64,000 nt of DNA from an uncultured Gemmatimonadaceae bacterium. GTDB lineage: Bacteria; Gemmatimonadota; Gemmatimonadetes; Gemmatimonadales; Gemmatimonadaceae. The stretch covers positions 1-64,000 of the forward strand of contig CAWGJO010000035.1 of the NCBI GenBank assembly GCA_963822945.1, in the 5' to 3' direction. Positions 41,415-50,116 of this stretch are shown here, piece after piece (position 1 is the stretch's first letter; each line of letters starts with the position of its first letter). Position numbers and translations under genes: made by a program. Below the pieces are notes generated by a model. The model was not told where the DNA came from. It was given only the letters and a program-made list of their open reading frames with translations, and did not search any database.

Positions 41415-42518
41415 TTGGAGCGGGCCCGGATCGCCCTCGTCCTTGGCGGCGGGGGCGTGAAGGGCTTCGCGCACATCGGCGTGCTCCGCGCCCTGCAGGA
41501 ACGCGGCATCCGTCCCGCGGTGTATGCGGGCACCAGCATCGGCGCCCTGATCGCGGCGGCGGCGGTGAGCGGCATGAGCGCCGAGGAACTGGCGCAACGC
41601 GCCGAAGGCCTCCGCCGCCGCGACCTGTTCCGCATCAATCACCTGGGCATGCTCGTGGACCGCATGCGCGCGCCCGCCATCTACCTGGGCGAGCCGCTCC
41701 GCAACCTGGTGGACGCGGTGGCACCCGACGGCACCTTCGAAGACCTGCGCACGCCCCTGCTCGTCAACACCGTCGACCTGGAACGCGCCACCCGCCTCGT
41801 CTGGGGGCTCCCGGGGCTGCGGGACGTGCCGGTGCGCGACGCCGTGTATGCCTCGTGCGCGCTCCCCGGCTTCTTTCCTCCCGCCGACGTGGGCGGCCGC
41901 CTGTGCGTGGACGGCGGCGTCATCGACAACCTCCCGGTGGCCGCCGCCGGGCTGGGCATGGACGCCGTGATCGCGGTGGACGTGGGCAGCTCCGACGTCC
42001 GACCGACGCCGCGGGTCGGGGCGCAGGGATTTGCCGCGATCTACATGCGCTCGGGCACGATCATGATGCATCACCTGCAGGAGCAGCCGCTGACCCGCTG
42101 GAAGGGGCCGCCCATGCTCCTGATCCGGCCCAAGGTCGACTCGCACTGGTTGAGCTTCATCCACGCCGAGCAGAACATTCGCGAAGGCTACCGAGCCACC
42201 ACCAAGGCGCTCGAGCACATCGATACCTACCTGGAGCAGAAGACGGGGATCTACCCGCGCAAGCGGATGCGCCTGCACGTGGTGCGCGAATCGTGCGTCC
42301 GGTGCGGAATGTGCGTGGCGCTTGCGCCCGAGAGCATGACGTTCGATCCGGCCGACGGCACGGCGGTCCCGCGCGAGGAACTGGTGGAGTGGTCCGCCGC
42401 CGACGGCAACTTCGTGCTCCACTGCCCCACCGGCGCCATCAAGGCGGCACGGCTCGACCTGGTGACGCCCACCGCCCCCCAGAAGGCCATCGGCCGCGAG
42501 GACCTGCTCGTTCCCTAG
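41415..42518 (+). CDS. Patatin-like phospholipase fused to a C-terminal single-cluster ferredoxin
   Basis: 'LGGGGVKGFAH', 'GTSIG', 'DGG'; 'CVRCGMC...HCPTGAI'. Confidence 0.85.
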   Translation: MERARIALVLGGGGVKGFAHIGVLRALQERGIRPAVYAGTSIGALIAAAAVSGMSAEELAQRAEGLRRRDLFRINHLGMLVDRMRAPAIYLGEPLRNLVDAVAPDGTFEDLRTPLLVNTVDLERATRLVWGLPGLRDVPVRDAVYASCALPGFFPPADVGGRLCVDGGVIDNLPVAAAGLGMDAVIAVDVGSSDVRPTPRVGAQGFAAIYMRSGTIMMHHLQEQPLTRWKGPPMLLIRPKVDSHWLSFIHAEQNIREGYRATTKALEHIDTYLEQKTGIYPRKRMRLHVVRESCVRCGMCVALAPESMTFDPADGTAVPREELVEWSAADGNFVLHCPTGAIKAARLDLVTPTAPQKAIGREDLLVP

Positions 42519-43366
42519 CCGCCCCTGACGAGCACGGCGTTCCCCGACGGATCGCGGGCCAGCCACCCGCCGTCGCGAGCCTGCAGCGGCACCCCCTGCC
42601 GCACGAGCGCGCTCCGCGTGGCCTCGAGGGACGCCGCGTCGGGCAGCACAAGCTCGAAGTGGTCGAGGCCGGGCGCGGATTCCGGCGCCGGCGGAGCGCC
42701 CGCCACCCCCCAGGTATTGAGCCCCACGTGGTGGTGGTACCCGCCCGCCGACACGAACAGCGCTCCCGAAGCCATCCGCTGCATCACATCGAATCCGAGC
42801 GCTCCGTGGTAGAACTCCTCCGCTTCGGCAAGGTCTCGGACCTGGAGGTGCACGTGCCCCATGCGTGTCTGCGGCGGAGCCTTGGCCGGCACGTCTCCCG
42901 CACCAACCGCGCCGTCGAGCAAGGCGCGAAGGTCCAGGGGATCGGAGACCATCGCCAGGCCGTTCCCGTCCTGCGGCCACTCGTCACGCGACCGGTCGCG
43001 GTAGATCTCGATGCCGAGCCCGTCGGGGTCGCCGAGGTAGATGGCCTCGCTCACCCCATGGTCCGACGCCCCCTGCAGGGGCCAGCGCGCCGACACCAGC
43101 CGCGCCAGGGCGTGACCCAGGCTGGCCCGATCGGGCACGAGCACCGCGAAGTGGTAGAGCCCGGTGGTGCGGCGTGGACGGGGGACCGCGCCGGGCTGCG
43201 CCCGCAGCGACACCAGCGCGCGCCCGCCCGCGCCGAGCGCGGCCGATTCGGCATCGCTCGACAGCACGTCGAGTCCGAGCACGTGGGCATAGAACGCGAG
43301 CGACTGTTCGAGGTCGCGCACACGAAGATGGACGCCGCCGATGGCGGCGCCCGCATCAATGGACAT
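42515..43366 (-). CDS. VOC family CatE-like catechol 2,3-dioxygenase (start may be GTG 43381)
   Basis: 'GLYHFAVL', 'SDHGVSEAIYL.DPDG.GIEIYRDR', 'MGHVHL', 'GGYHHHVGLNTW'. Confidence 0.85.
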   Translation of the reverse strand: MSIDAGAAIGGVHLRVRDLEQSLAFYAHVLGLDVLSSDAESAALGAGGRALVSLRAQPGAVPRPRRTTGLYHFAVLVPDRASLGHALARLVSARWPLQGASDHGVSEAIYLGDPDGLGIEIYRDRSRDEWPQDGNGLAMVSDPLDLRALLDGAVGAGDVPAKAPPQTRMGHVHLQVRDLAEAEEFYHGALGFDVMQRMASGALFVSAGGYHHHVGLNTWGVAGAPPAPESAPGLDHFELVLPDAASLEATRSALVRQGVPLQARDGGWLARDPSGNAVLVRGG

Positions 43367-43432
43367 CGGATTGGCCTCCACGCGAACCGGGCGCCGGGGC
43401 GAACATCGCCCCGGCCGCCCGGCCGCGCAACG

Positions 43433-43993
43433 TCAGACGGACGCGAGTGCTTCCTTCGCCGCCTGCTTCACCAGCTCCACTTCGATCGCGATCTTGACGT
43501 CGTCGCCGACGAGCACGCCGCCGGCTTCGAGGCCCACGTTCCAGGTGAGCCCGAAGTCCTTCCGGTTGATCTTCGTGGTGGCCGCATACCCGGCTCGCTC
43601 GCCACCCCAGGGATCGGTCACCCGCCCCGACGACTCCACCTTCAGCGTGACCTCGCGCGTCACGTCGCGGATCGTGAGATCGCCGATCAGCTCGAACTCG
43701 CCGTCCAGGGGGCCTTCCACGCGCTTGCCCCTGAACAGGATCTTCGGAAACCGCTCGACGTCGAAGAAGTCGGCCGACTTGAGGTGCGCGTCGCGCTTCT
43801 CGTCGCGGGTGTCGATGCTGGCCACGCCGATCGAGACGTCGACCTTGGCGGTGCCGGGCGTGTTCTCGTCCACCGTCACGGCACCGGACACGTCGGCGAA
43901 GTGGCCCTTCACCGTGGAGATCATCAGGTGCTTGACTGCAAACTCCGCAGCGCTATGTGAGGCATCGATTTGCCATTTGGTCTGACCATTCAT
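43433..43993 (-). CDS. YceI family protein (cytoplasmic)
   Basis: 'WQIDASHS..F.VKHLMISTVKG', 'RDAHLKSADFFDV', 'INRKDFGLTWN'. Confidence 0.95.
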   Translation of the reverse strand: MNGQTKWQIDASHSAAEFAVKHLMISTVKGHFADVSGAVTVDENTPGTAKVDVSIGVASIDTRDEKRDAHLKSADFFDVERFPKILFRGKRVEGPLDGEFELIGDLTIRDVTREVTLKVESSGRVTDPWGGERAGYAATTKINRKDFGLTWNVGLEAGGVLVGDDVKIAIEVELVKQAAKEALASV

Positions 43994-44027
43994 GGGGGCC
44001 TTCTCCTGCTCGAATTGGTTGATGTGT

Positions 44028-44060
44028 TACCTATCTTGTGTATGTGACTCTAAAATAGTA
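44028..44060. promoter_or_regulatory. Two candidate HxlR/YodB-type operator boxes (TACT-N7-AGTA-like)
   Basis: TACC-N7-TGTA (44028-44042) and GACT-N7-AGTA (44046-44060) in an AT-rich divergent intergenic region. Confidence 0.45.
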
Positions 44061-44103
44061 AGTTCCTCTTGTCAAGTTCGCCCTGTCGTCAAAGGTTAGT
44101 GCC

Positions 44104-44466
44104 ATGTCAGCAAAAACCCCGATGGTCTGCCGCCACTACCACCGCGCCGTCGAACTCATCGGCCGCCGGTGGACGGGCGCCGTGCTTCAGGTGCTCATGG
44201 GTGGGCGGATGCGCTATTGCGAGATCCGGGGCGCCATCCCCGAGGTGAGCGACCGAATGCTCTCCGAGCGGCTCAAAGAGCTGGAAGCGGAGGGGATCCT
44301 GGTGCGAATCGTCACGCCCGACACGCCGGTGCGGGTGGAGTACGAACTGAGCCAGAAGGGGCGGGCGCTGGAACAGGCGTTGGTCGCCATCCAGCAGTGG
44401 GCGGACGAGTGGAAGGACTCGCCCGCCGGCGTGCCTCAGGCCAGCGCGCGCGCAATCCGGGCGTAG
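44104..44466 (+). CDS. HxlR/MarR-DUF24 winged-helix regulator with N-terminal Cys
   Basis: 'C..HRAVELIGRRWTG', 'SDRMLSERLKELE', 'PVRVEYELSQKG'. Confidence 0.92.
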   Translation: MSAKTPMVCRHYHRAVELIGRRWTGAVLQVLMGGRMRYCEIRGAIPEVSDRMLSERLKELEAEGILVRIVTPDTPVRVEYELSQKGRALEQALVAIQQWADEWKDSPAGVPQASARAIRA

Positions 44467-45446
44467 GCGTCCACCGCGGCGCGGAGTTCGTCCAGCCGCA
44501 CGTGCTCGTCGTCGCGATGGGCCACGTGAATGGACCCCGGCCCGAACAGGTAGGGCGTGCCCCAGTTGCCCAGCACCGGGATGTCGGTGGCGAAGGCCAC
44601 CACGGAGGTCTCGAACCCGGGCACCACACCCAACTTGACCGCCGGCACCATCGGCCCCTCCTCGAGTTCCGCACGGCCGGCGGCCCAGCGTTGGAACACG
44701 CTCAGCACCTCTTCGGCGGGCGAGACGATGCGCGCCATGAGCCGCGCCTCGGCCCAGGGCGCCACGACGTTGTCGGCCACGCCGCCGCTGATCTGTCCGA
44801 TGTTCACCGTCGTCTCGCCGAACAGGTCGCTGTGCGGCAGATCGAGGTTGGGGAGCTGCGCAAGGAGCGCCACGAGATCGTCGATGGCGGAGTGTCCGAG
44901 TTGCGGATAGGCGGAGTGCGCGGGCTGTCCCTTGGTGCGCACGGTGACGCGGACGGCGCCCTTGGTCCCGCTCCCGAGCTTGCTCTCGGTGGGTTCGCCG
45001 TCGATGACGGCCCGGCTCACGAGACCGCTGCGGGCAATCCATTCGTTGGCCGCATGCGCGCCGTCGTGCGTGACCTCCTCGCCGACCACGAACAGCAGGG
45101 CCACGGGCGCGCCCTCGGCGCGCAGCACGTCGGCCGCGCAGATCATGGCGGCCGCGATTCCCTTGGCGTCGCACGCGCCGCGTCCCCAGAGCACGTCACG
45201 CTCCAATCGCGGCGGGATGTACGGCGGCACGGTGTCGAGGTGCGTGGACAGCGTGATGAAGGGCTCGTCGCGCATGCGGGCGAACACCGCGAACCGCCCC
45301 TCGCTCACCGGAATGCGCGTCACCTGCCATCCCCGCTGTTCGAGCAGCGCATGCACATGGGCCATCATCTCGCCCTCGCGCCCGCTGGTGGAATCGATGG
45401 CCATCAACTGCTGGGCGAGCGCGACGACGTCCTGGGTGGGGGGCAT
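44436..45446 (-). CDS. M20 family hydrolase (acetylornithine deacetylase-like)
   Basis: 'STHLDTVPP', 'GRGACDAKG', 'VGEE', 'DGEPT', 'AHRDDE'. Confidence 0.88.
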   Translation of the reverse strand: MPPTQDVVALAQQLMAIDSTSGREGEMMAHVHALLEQRGWQVTRIPVSEGRFAVFARMRDEPFITLSTHLDTVPPYIPPRLERDVLWGRGACDAKGIAAAMICAADVLRAEGAPVALLFVVGEEVTHDGAHAANEWIARSGLVSRAVIDGEPTESKLGSGTKGAVRVTVRTKGQPAHSAYPQLGHSAIDDLVALLAQLPNLDLPHSDLFGETTVNIGQISGGVADNVVAPWAEARLMARIVSPAEEVLSVFQRWAAGRAELEEGPMVPAVKLGVVPGFETSVVAFATDIPVLGNWGTPYLFGPGSIHVAHRDDEHVRLDELRAAVDAYARIARALA

Positions 45447-45454
45447 GACGGTTC

Positions 45455-46150
45455 CTATCGCCAGACGGCGATCTGTTCGAGTGGTTTTCGGGTGAGATCC
45501 GGCACGCGCGCGTCGGGCCCCGGATAGCCCACCGGCATCACGAGCATGGCTTTCTCGTTGGCCGGACGGCCGAGCAGTTCGCTCAGGAAGGCCATGGGAT
45601 TGGGCGTGTGGGTGAGCGTGACGAGCCCCATGTGGTGGATGGCGGCGATGAACATTCCCGCCGCGATTCCACACGACTCCTGCGTGTAGTAGTGGGTTCG
45701 GCGGGTGCCGTCCGGATCGAGTCCGTACGACTGGCGGAACAGCACCACCACCCAGGGGGCGTCGGTCAGGTGCGGCTTGTGTTCGTCCGTCCCGAGGGGG
45801 GCGAGCGCCTGCAGCCAGTCGGGGGGCATGCGGCCGTGGTAGTTCTCGTACTCCTCGGCTTCGGCGGCCGCGCGCATCTGTTGCTTGAGCCCGGGATCGG
45901 AGACGGCGACGAAGGTCCACGGCTGCTGGTGTGCGCCGCTGGGCGCCGTCCCGGCCGTCCGGATGGCGTATTCGAGGAGGTCGCGCGGCACCGGCTCGGT
46001 GGAGAACTGCCGGGTGGTGCGCCGGCGGTTCATCTCGTCGAAGAACCGGCGCGCGCGCTCGCGCGATTCGTCGATCGAGCGGCGCTGGAACTGGAGCGGG
46101 ACGAAGGGATGTTCAGGCACCAGACTGGTGGGCGTTGGGTTGCCGTGCAT
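45455..46150 (-). CDS. Iodotyrosine deiodinase-like nitroreductase-fold flavoprotein
   Basis: 'RRTTRQFS', 'AGTAPSGAHQQPW', 'AEAEEYENY', 'LGTDEHKPHL', 'YTQESCGIAAG', 'LTHTPNPM'. Confidence 0.88.
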   Translation of the reverse strand: MHGNPTPTSLVPEHPFVPLQFQRRSIDESRERARRFFDEMNRRRTTRQFSTEPVPRDLLEYAIRTAGTAPSGAHQQPWTFVAVSDPGLKQQMRAAAEAEEYENYHGRMPPDWLQALAPLGTDEHKPHLTDAPWVVVLFRQSYGLDPDGTRRTHYYTQESCGIAAGMFIAAIHHMGLVTLTHTPNPMAFLSELLGRPANEKAMLVMPVGYPGPDARVPDLTRKPLEQIAVWR

Positions 46151-46229
46151 CTACGCGGGTGGGCCGGGATTCGTCAATGGGGCAGCGGGCTGGCGCCGCC
46201 GGACGCGGACACTCCGCACCCCCGCGGAC

Positions 46230-47147
46230 TCAGTGCTCCGTTCCCGGTTCGCGGTTCATTTCCACGCGCAGCGTCGGCACGCCGACCAGATCGTACGTGC
46301 CCGACGCGATGGCGACGCGGCCGTTCGTGGCGTCGATCGCGTCGAGCATCTGGCGGAAGAGTTCGTCCTTCGTGATGCGCCGGCGGCGGTAGTCCACGAC
46401 GTAGCGCACCGTGAATTCGAGCCAGTTGTCGGTGCCGACGAAGGTCACCATCGGGTCCACGCGGGCTTCCTCGAGGCGGTAGGTCCGGAGCATCGTCTCC
46501 CAGGCCTCGCGCGCGTGGACGACGTAATCGCCCACCACCGCCTGCACCGTGTCTTCGAGGATCTTGCGGGCCAGGGCGCGGTCGCCGCCGTACTTGATGG
46601 GCACGCGAATCTCGTCCCACAGAAACGGGAAGTCGCCCGAGTAGTTGACCACGGGATCGGTGAACACGAAGCTGTTGGCCACGCGCACGACGCGCCCGTT
46701 GTACAGGTCGCCGTTCACCCAGTCGCCGATCTCCATCAGCGTCGTGCGCAGCACGCCGATGTCGATCACATCGCCCTTGATTCCGCCCAACTGAACCCGG
46801 TCGCCGGGTGAATAGAACCGGCTGAAGGTGAGCGCCATCCACCCCGCCACGCTGACGATCACCTCCTGGAGCGCGAACGCGATACCGGCACCGGTGACAC
46901 CGAAGGCCACGGTGAGCCCGCTCAGCCGGCTGCTGTAGACGCTGGCCACCACGAGCACGGCCGCCACGTACCCGCCGAACGCGATGAACTTCCGCACCCG
47001 GTAGCGGGTGTCGGTGTCCTTGATGCGGCGACCCGCGGATCGCGACAGGACGCGGACCACGGCCATGATGATCGCCACGCCGACGATGACGGCCACGAGG
47101 CGGCCGACCGTCGGGTCGAACAGCCACCGCTTGAGCGTGTCGTTCAT
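46230..47147 (-). CDS. MscS family mechanosensitive channel
   Basis: 'GAGIAFALQE', 'GDRVQLGGIKGDVIDI', 'NGRVVRVANS'. Confidence 0.9.
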   Translation of the reverse strand: MNDTLKRWLFDPTVGRLVAVIVGVAIIMAVVRVLSRSAGRRIKDTDTRYRVRKFIAFGGYVAAVLVVASVYSSRLSGLTVAFGVTGAGIAFALQEVIVSVAGWMALTFSRFYSPGDRVQLGGIKGDVIDIGVLRTTLMEIGDWVNGDLYNGRVVRVANSFVFTDPVVNYSGDFPFLWDEIRVPIKYGGDRALARKILEDTVQAVVGDYVVHAREAWETMLRTYRLEEARVDPMVTFVGTDNWLEFTVRYVVDYRRRRITKDELFRQMLDAIDATNGRVAIASGTYDLVGVPTLRVEMNREPGTEH

Positions 47148-48859
47148 GGGCGCGGCGCAGGCATCGGGGCCGCGGCCGTGCCGCCGTCACCGCGGGACGT
47201 GGTTTCCACCTGGAACGCCGGCGGCCGGTAGTTCTTGGGCAGATAGTTGGCCGGCACGGCCATGCCGTTGCCGTCACGCAACTGCGCATAGTGCGGCGAC
47301 AGGATCTCGACGCCTCCCTCGTTGAATGCGTTCTGGATGTTCTGGTGCAATTCCGAATACGTGGCCGCCATGAGGTCCGCGCGGTCGGTCGTCGCATTGA
47401 TCTCGTACGCGACGTAGAAGTCGTCGAGGCTCGTCTGGAAGACGAACGGCGCCGGTTCCGGCAGAATGTGCTCGGTGCGACGCGCGGCCTCGATCAGCAG
47501 CGCGTGGACCTTCTCCCACGGCGCGTCGTAGCCGATGGTGACCGCCGTATGCAGGATCAGCCCGCGGCTCGCGGCCAGCGTCGTGTAGTTCACGACCTGG
47601 CTGCTCAACACCGTGCCGTTGGGAATCGTCACCGCCACGTTCTTGATCGTGCGCACACGCGTGACGAGCAGCGTCTTCTCGGTGACGTCGCCGACCGTTT
47701 CACCGATCTTCACGCGGTCGCCGATCTGAAAGGCGCGCGTGTACGTGAGCACGACGCCGGCCACCATGTTGCCGATCGCCGCCGACGAGCCGAGCGAGAA
47801 GAGCACGCCGACGAAGATCGAGACCCCCTTGAACGCGTCGGAACTGGCGCCGGGGAGGTACGGGTAGAGGACGACGGCCGCAAACGCGAAGACCATCACG
47901 CGCGCGATCTTGTACGTCGGATCGGCCCACTCGGGATAGAAATTGGAGAACGCAATCGCGCCCGTCTCGACCGCGCCGGCCAACGCTCTGAGCAGCTTCA
48001 GGACGTAGCGGACGATGACGACGCCCGCGGCGAGATAGAACAGGTTGGGCACATAGGCCACGAACGCCATCCCGGCCACACCGAACGGGTGAAGCGCGTA
48101 GCCCACGATGCGCTGCGAGAGCGGCGCCGTCCACGGAAAGAAACTCAGGACCAGCGGGATGTAGATGTAGAACAGCACCAGCGTCAGGATCACGCGCAGG
48201 ACGCGCGCGGCCCCGACCAGCAGCGCCGAGAGCCGCCCGGCGGAGAGCAGTTCGTAACTCTGGATGCGGATGGCCGGCAGTCGCACCCGGCGCAGGGTGT
48301 CGATCTTGACGTAGAGCTTCGGAAATCCGACCGACAGCAGCCACAGCAGCAGCACCAGAAGCGCGGTCGCGAGCACGGCGTACGCGGCATCCATGACGAT
48401 CGCGCGAGCCGTCACGCGCGCCTGGGCCGCCATCACCGCCGTCCGGAGTTGTCGGGCATACCGGTCGGCGACCGCGGGGCGTGTGGCTCCCAACGGCTGC
48501 GCATCCGCGTCCACGACCGTCATCACCACCACGTCCCCGACGGCCAATTCGCTGTACGAATCGCCGTTGGTGACGACCACCGAGTCGCCGCCCTCGAGCG
48601 CCGGGGCCACCCGCCCCAATTGGCCGGGAATGGCGGCCGCGCGCGCCGCGGCGGAAAACGGGCCGAGGTTTCCGTACAGCCGGAACAGCGTGTCGGTCCC
48701 GAACACCACGGGGGCGCCGGCCACGGTGTCGCTCGGCACCGCCGCCGCCGTCGTCCCGCGCTGCGCCGGCGCGGATCCGGCCGAGACCGCCAGGGCAAGC
48801 GCCAGCACGACGGCGCGCGAAACCGGCGGCGGCATGAGGCGCGTGAGGCACTCTGTCAT
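47144..48859 (-). CDS. MscS family channel with periplasmic N-terminal domain (start may be 48835)
   Basis: 'SLGSSAAIGNMVAG', 'FQIGDRVKIG', 'IPNG', 'FNEGGVEILSPHY'. Confidence 0.88.
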   Translation of the reverse strand: MTECLTRLMPPPVSRAVVLALALAVSAGSAPAQRGTTAAAVPSDTVAGAPVVFGTDTLFRLYGNLGPFSAAARAAAIPGQLGRVAPALEGGDSVVVTNGDSYSELAVGDVVVMTVVDADAQPLGATRPAVADRYARQLRTAVMAAQARVTARAIVMDAAYAVLATALLVLLLWLLSVGFPKLYVKIDTLRRVRLPAIRIQSYELLSAGRLSALLVGAARVLRVILTLVLFYIYIPLVLSFFPWTAPLSQRIVGYALHPFGVAGMAFVAYVPNLFYLAAGVVIVRYVLKLLRALAGAVETGAIAFSNFYPEWADPTYKIARVMVFAFAAVVLYPYLPGASSDAFKGVSIFVGVLFSLGSSAAIGNMVAGVVLTYTRAFQIGDRVKIGETVGDVTEKTLLVTRVRTIKNVAVTIPNGTVLSSQVVNYTTLAASRGLILHTAVTIGYDAPWEKVHALLIEAARRTEHILPEPAPFVFQTSLDDFYVAYEINATTDRADLMAATYSELHQNIQNAFNEGGVEILSPHYAQLRDGNGMAVPANYLPKNYRPPAFQVETTSRGDGGTAAAPMPAPRP

Positions 48860-49052
48860 CGGAACTCCGGGATCGAAACCCTGCACCCGCGTGCCGGGGG
48901 GGCCGGAACGACGGTGGGTCGGCAGTCTAGGCCTATGCCGAGGCGAGGGCAAGCGGGACGCGCCGGACATCCTGATCGGTTGGCGCTGCTCCGTGACCGC
49001 CGAGTATTCTATGGGGCCGCTGCTCCGGCGCCCCTCCATCTCACCCGTCCGC

Positions 49053-50024
49053 ATGCCATCCACCTGCCGTGCCGCCATCGTCCAGCACCCCCCGGTGTTC
49101 CTCAATCTCGACGCGAGTCTCGAGCGCGCCGAGGCGCTGATTGCCGAGGCGGCCGGAGGCGGAGCGGAGTTGATCGTGTTCCCCGAGACCTGGCTGCCCG
49201 GATATCCGGTCTGGCTGGACGAAGCGCCCGGGGCGGGGCTCTGGGGGGAGCCCGGCGCGCAGCGGATGTACCAGGCGCTGGCCGACAACTCCATCGAGCT
49301 GCCGGGACCCCACCTGGACCGGCTGCTGGCCGCCGCCGCCAAGGCCGGCGCCCACCTGGTGATGGGCGCGCACGAACGGCTCGGGGGCACGCTGTACAAT
49401 GCCATGGTCTTCATTGCGCCGGACGGCGAGACCTGGCGCGTGCACCGCAAGCTGATGCCGACCTACACCGAGCGTCTGCTCTGGGGCCAGGGCGACGGGA
49501 GCACGCTCGTCACCATGGACACGCCGTACGGCGCGCTCGGCGGGCTCGTCTGCTGGGAGCACTGGATGCCTTTGGCGCGCGCCGCGATGCACGCCATGCA
49601 CGAGTCCATTCACGTGGCGCAGTGGCCCACGGCCCGCGACCTGCACCAGATCGCCAGCCGGCACTACGCCTTCGAGGGGCAGTGCTTCGTCCTCGCCGCG
49701 GGCACCGTGCTCACCCGCAGGGACGTGTTCGACGGACTCGCCTCCATCGGCCTCGAGGCGCCCGAGGCCACGCGTCTCATGAATGCGGTGCGGGGCGACG
49801 ACGCGACGCTGATGCTCCGCGGCGGCAGCGCCATCATCGCGCCAGACACCAGCTACCTGGCCGGTCCGGTATTCGGGGAGCCATGCATCCTGCACGCCGA
49901 TCTGGACCCGGCGCTGGTGACGCGCGGCCACCTCGTGATGGACTCGGCGGGCCACTATGCGCGCCCCGACGTGTTTCAGCTGCGGGTGGATACCCGGGTT
50001 CGCCGCGACGTGACGTTCGGCTAG
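49053..50024 (+). CDS. Nitrilase (branch 1)
   Basis: 'FPETWLPGYP', 'HRKLMPTYTERLLWGQGDG', 'CWEHWMPLAR'. Confidence 0.9.
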   Translation: MPSTCRAAIVQHPPVFLNLDASLERAEALIAEAAGGGAELIVFPETWLPGYPVWLDEAPGAGLWGEPGAQRMYQALADNSIELPGPHLDRLLAAAAKAGAHLVMGAHERLGGTLYNAMVFIAPDGETWRVHRKLMPTYTERLLWGQGDGSTLVTMDTPYGALGGLVCWEHWMPLARAAMHAMHESIHVAQWPTARDLHQIASRHYAFEGQCFVLAAGTVLTRRDVFDGLASIGLEAPEATRLMNAVRGDDATLMLRGGSAIIAPDTSYLAGPVFGEPCILHADLDPALVTRGHLVMDSAGHYARPDVFQLRVDTRVRRDVTFG

Positions 50025-50116
50025 ATTCCGTGTCAGCCTGCCGGTTACCCGGCAGTGGCTCCACTGAGAACCCTCGCCTCGGCCCCACTGAGCGGCCGTG
50101 ATCGAGAGGCAAGCCC

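Noticed and set aside
46230..48859. Tandem MscS genes as a novel heteromeric channel
   Set aside because: Multiple adjacent MscS paralogs are common, and nothing in the sequence supports co-assembly.
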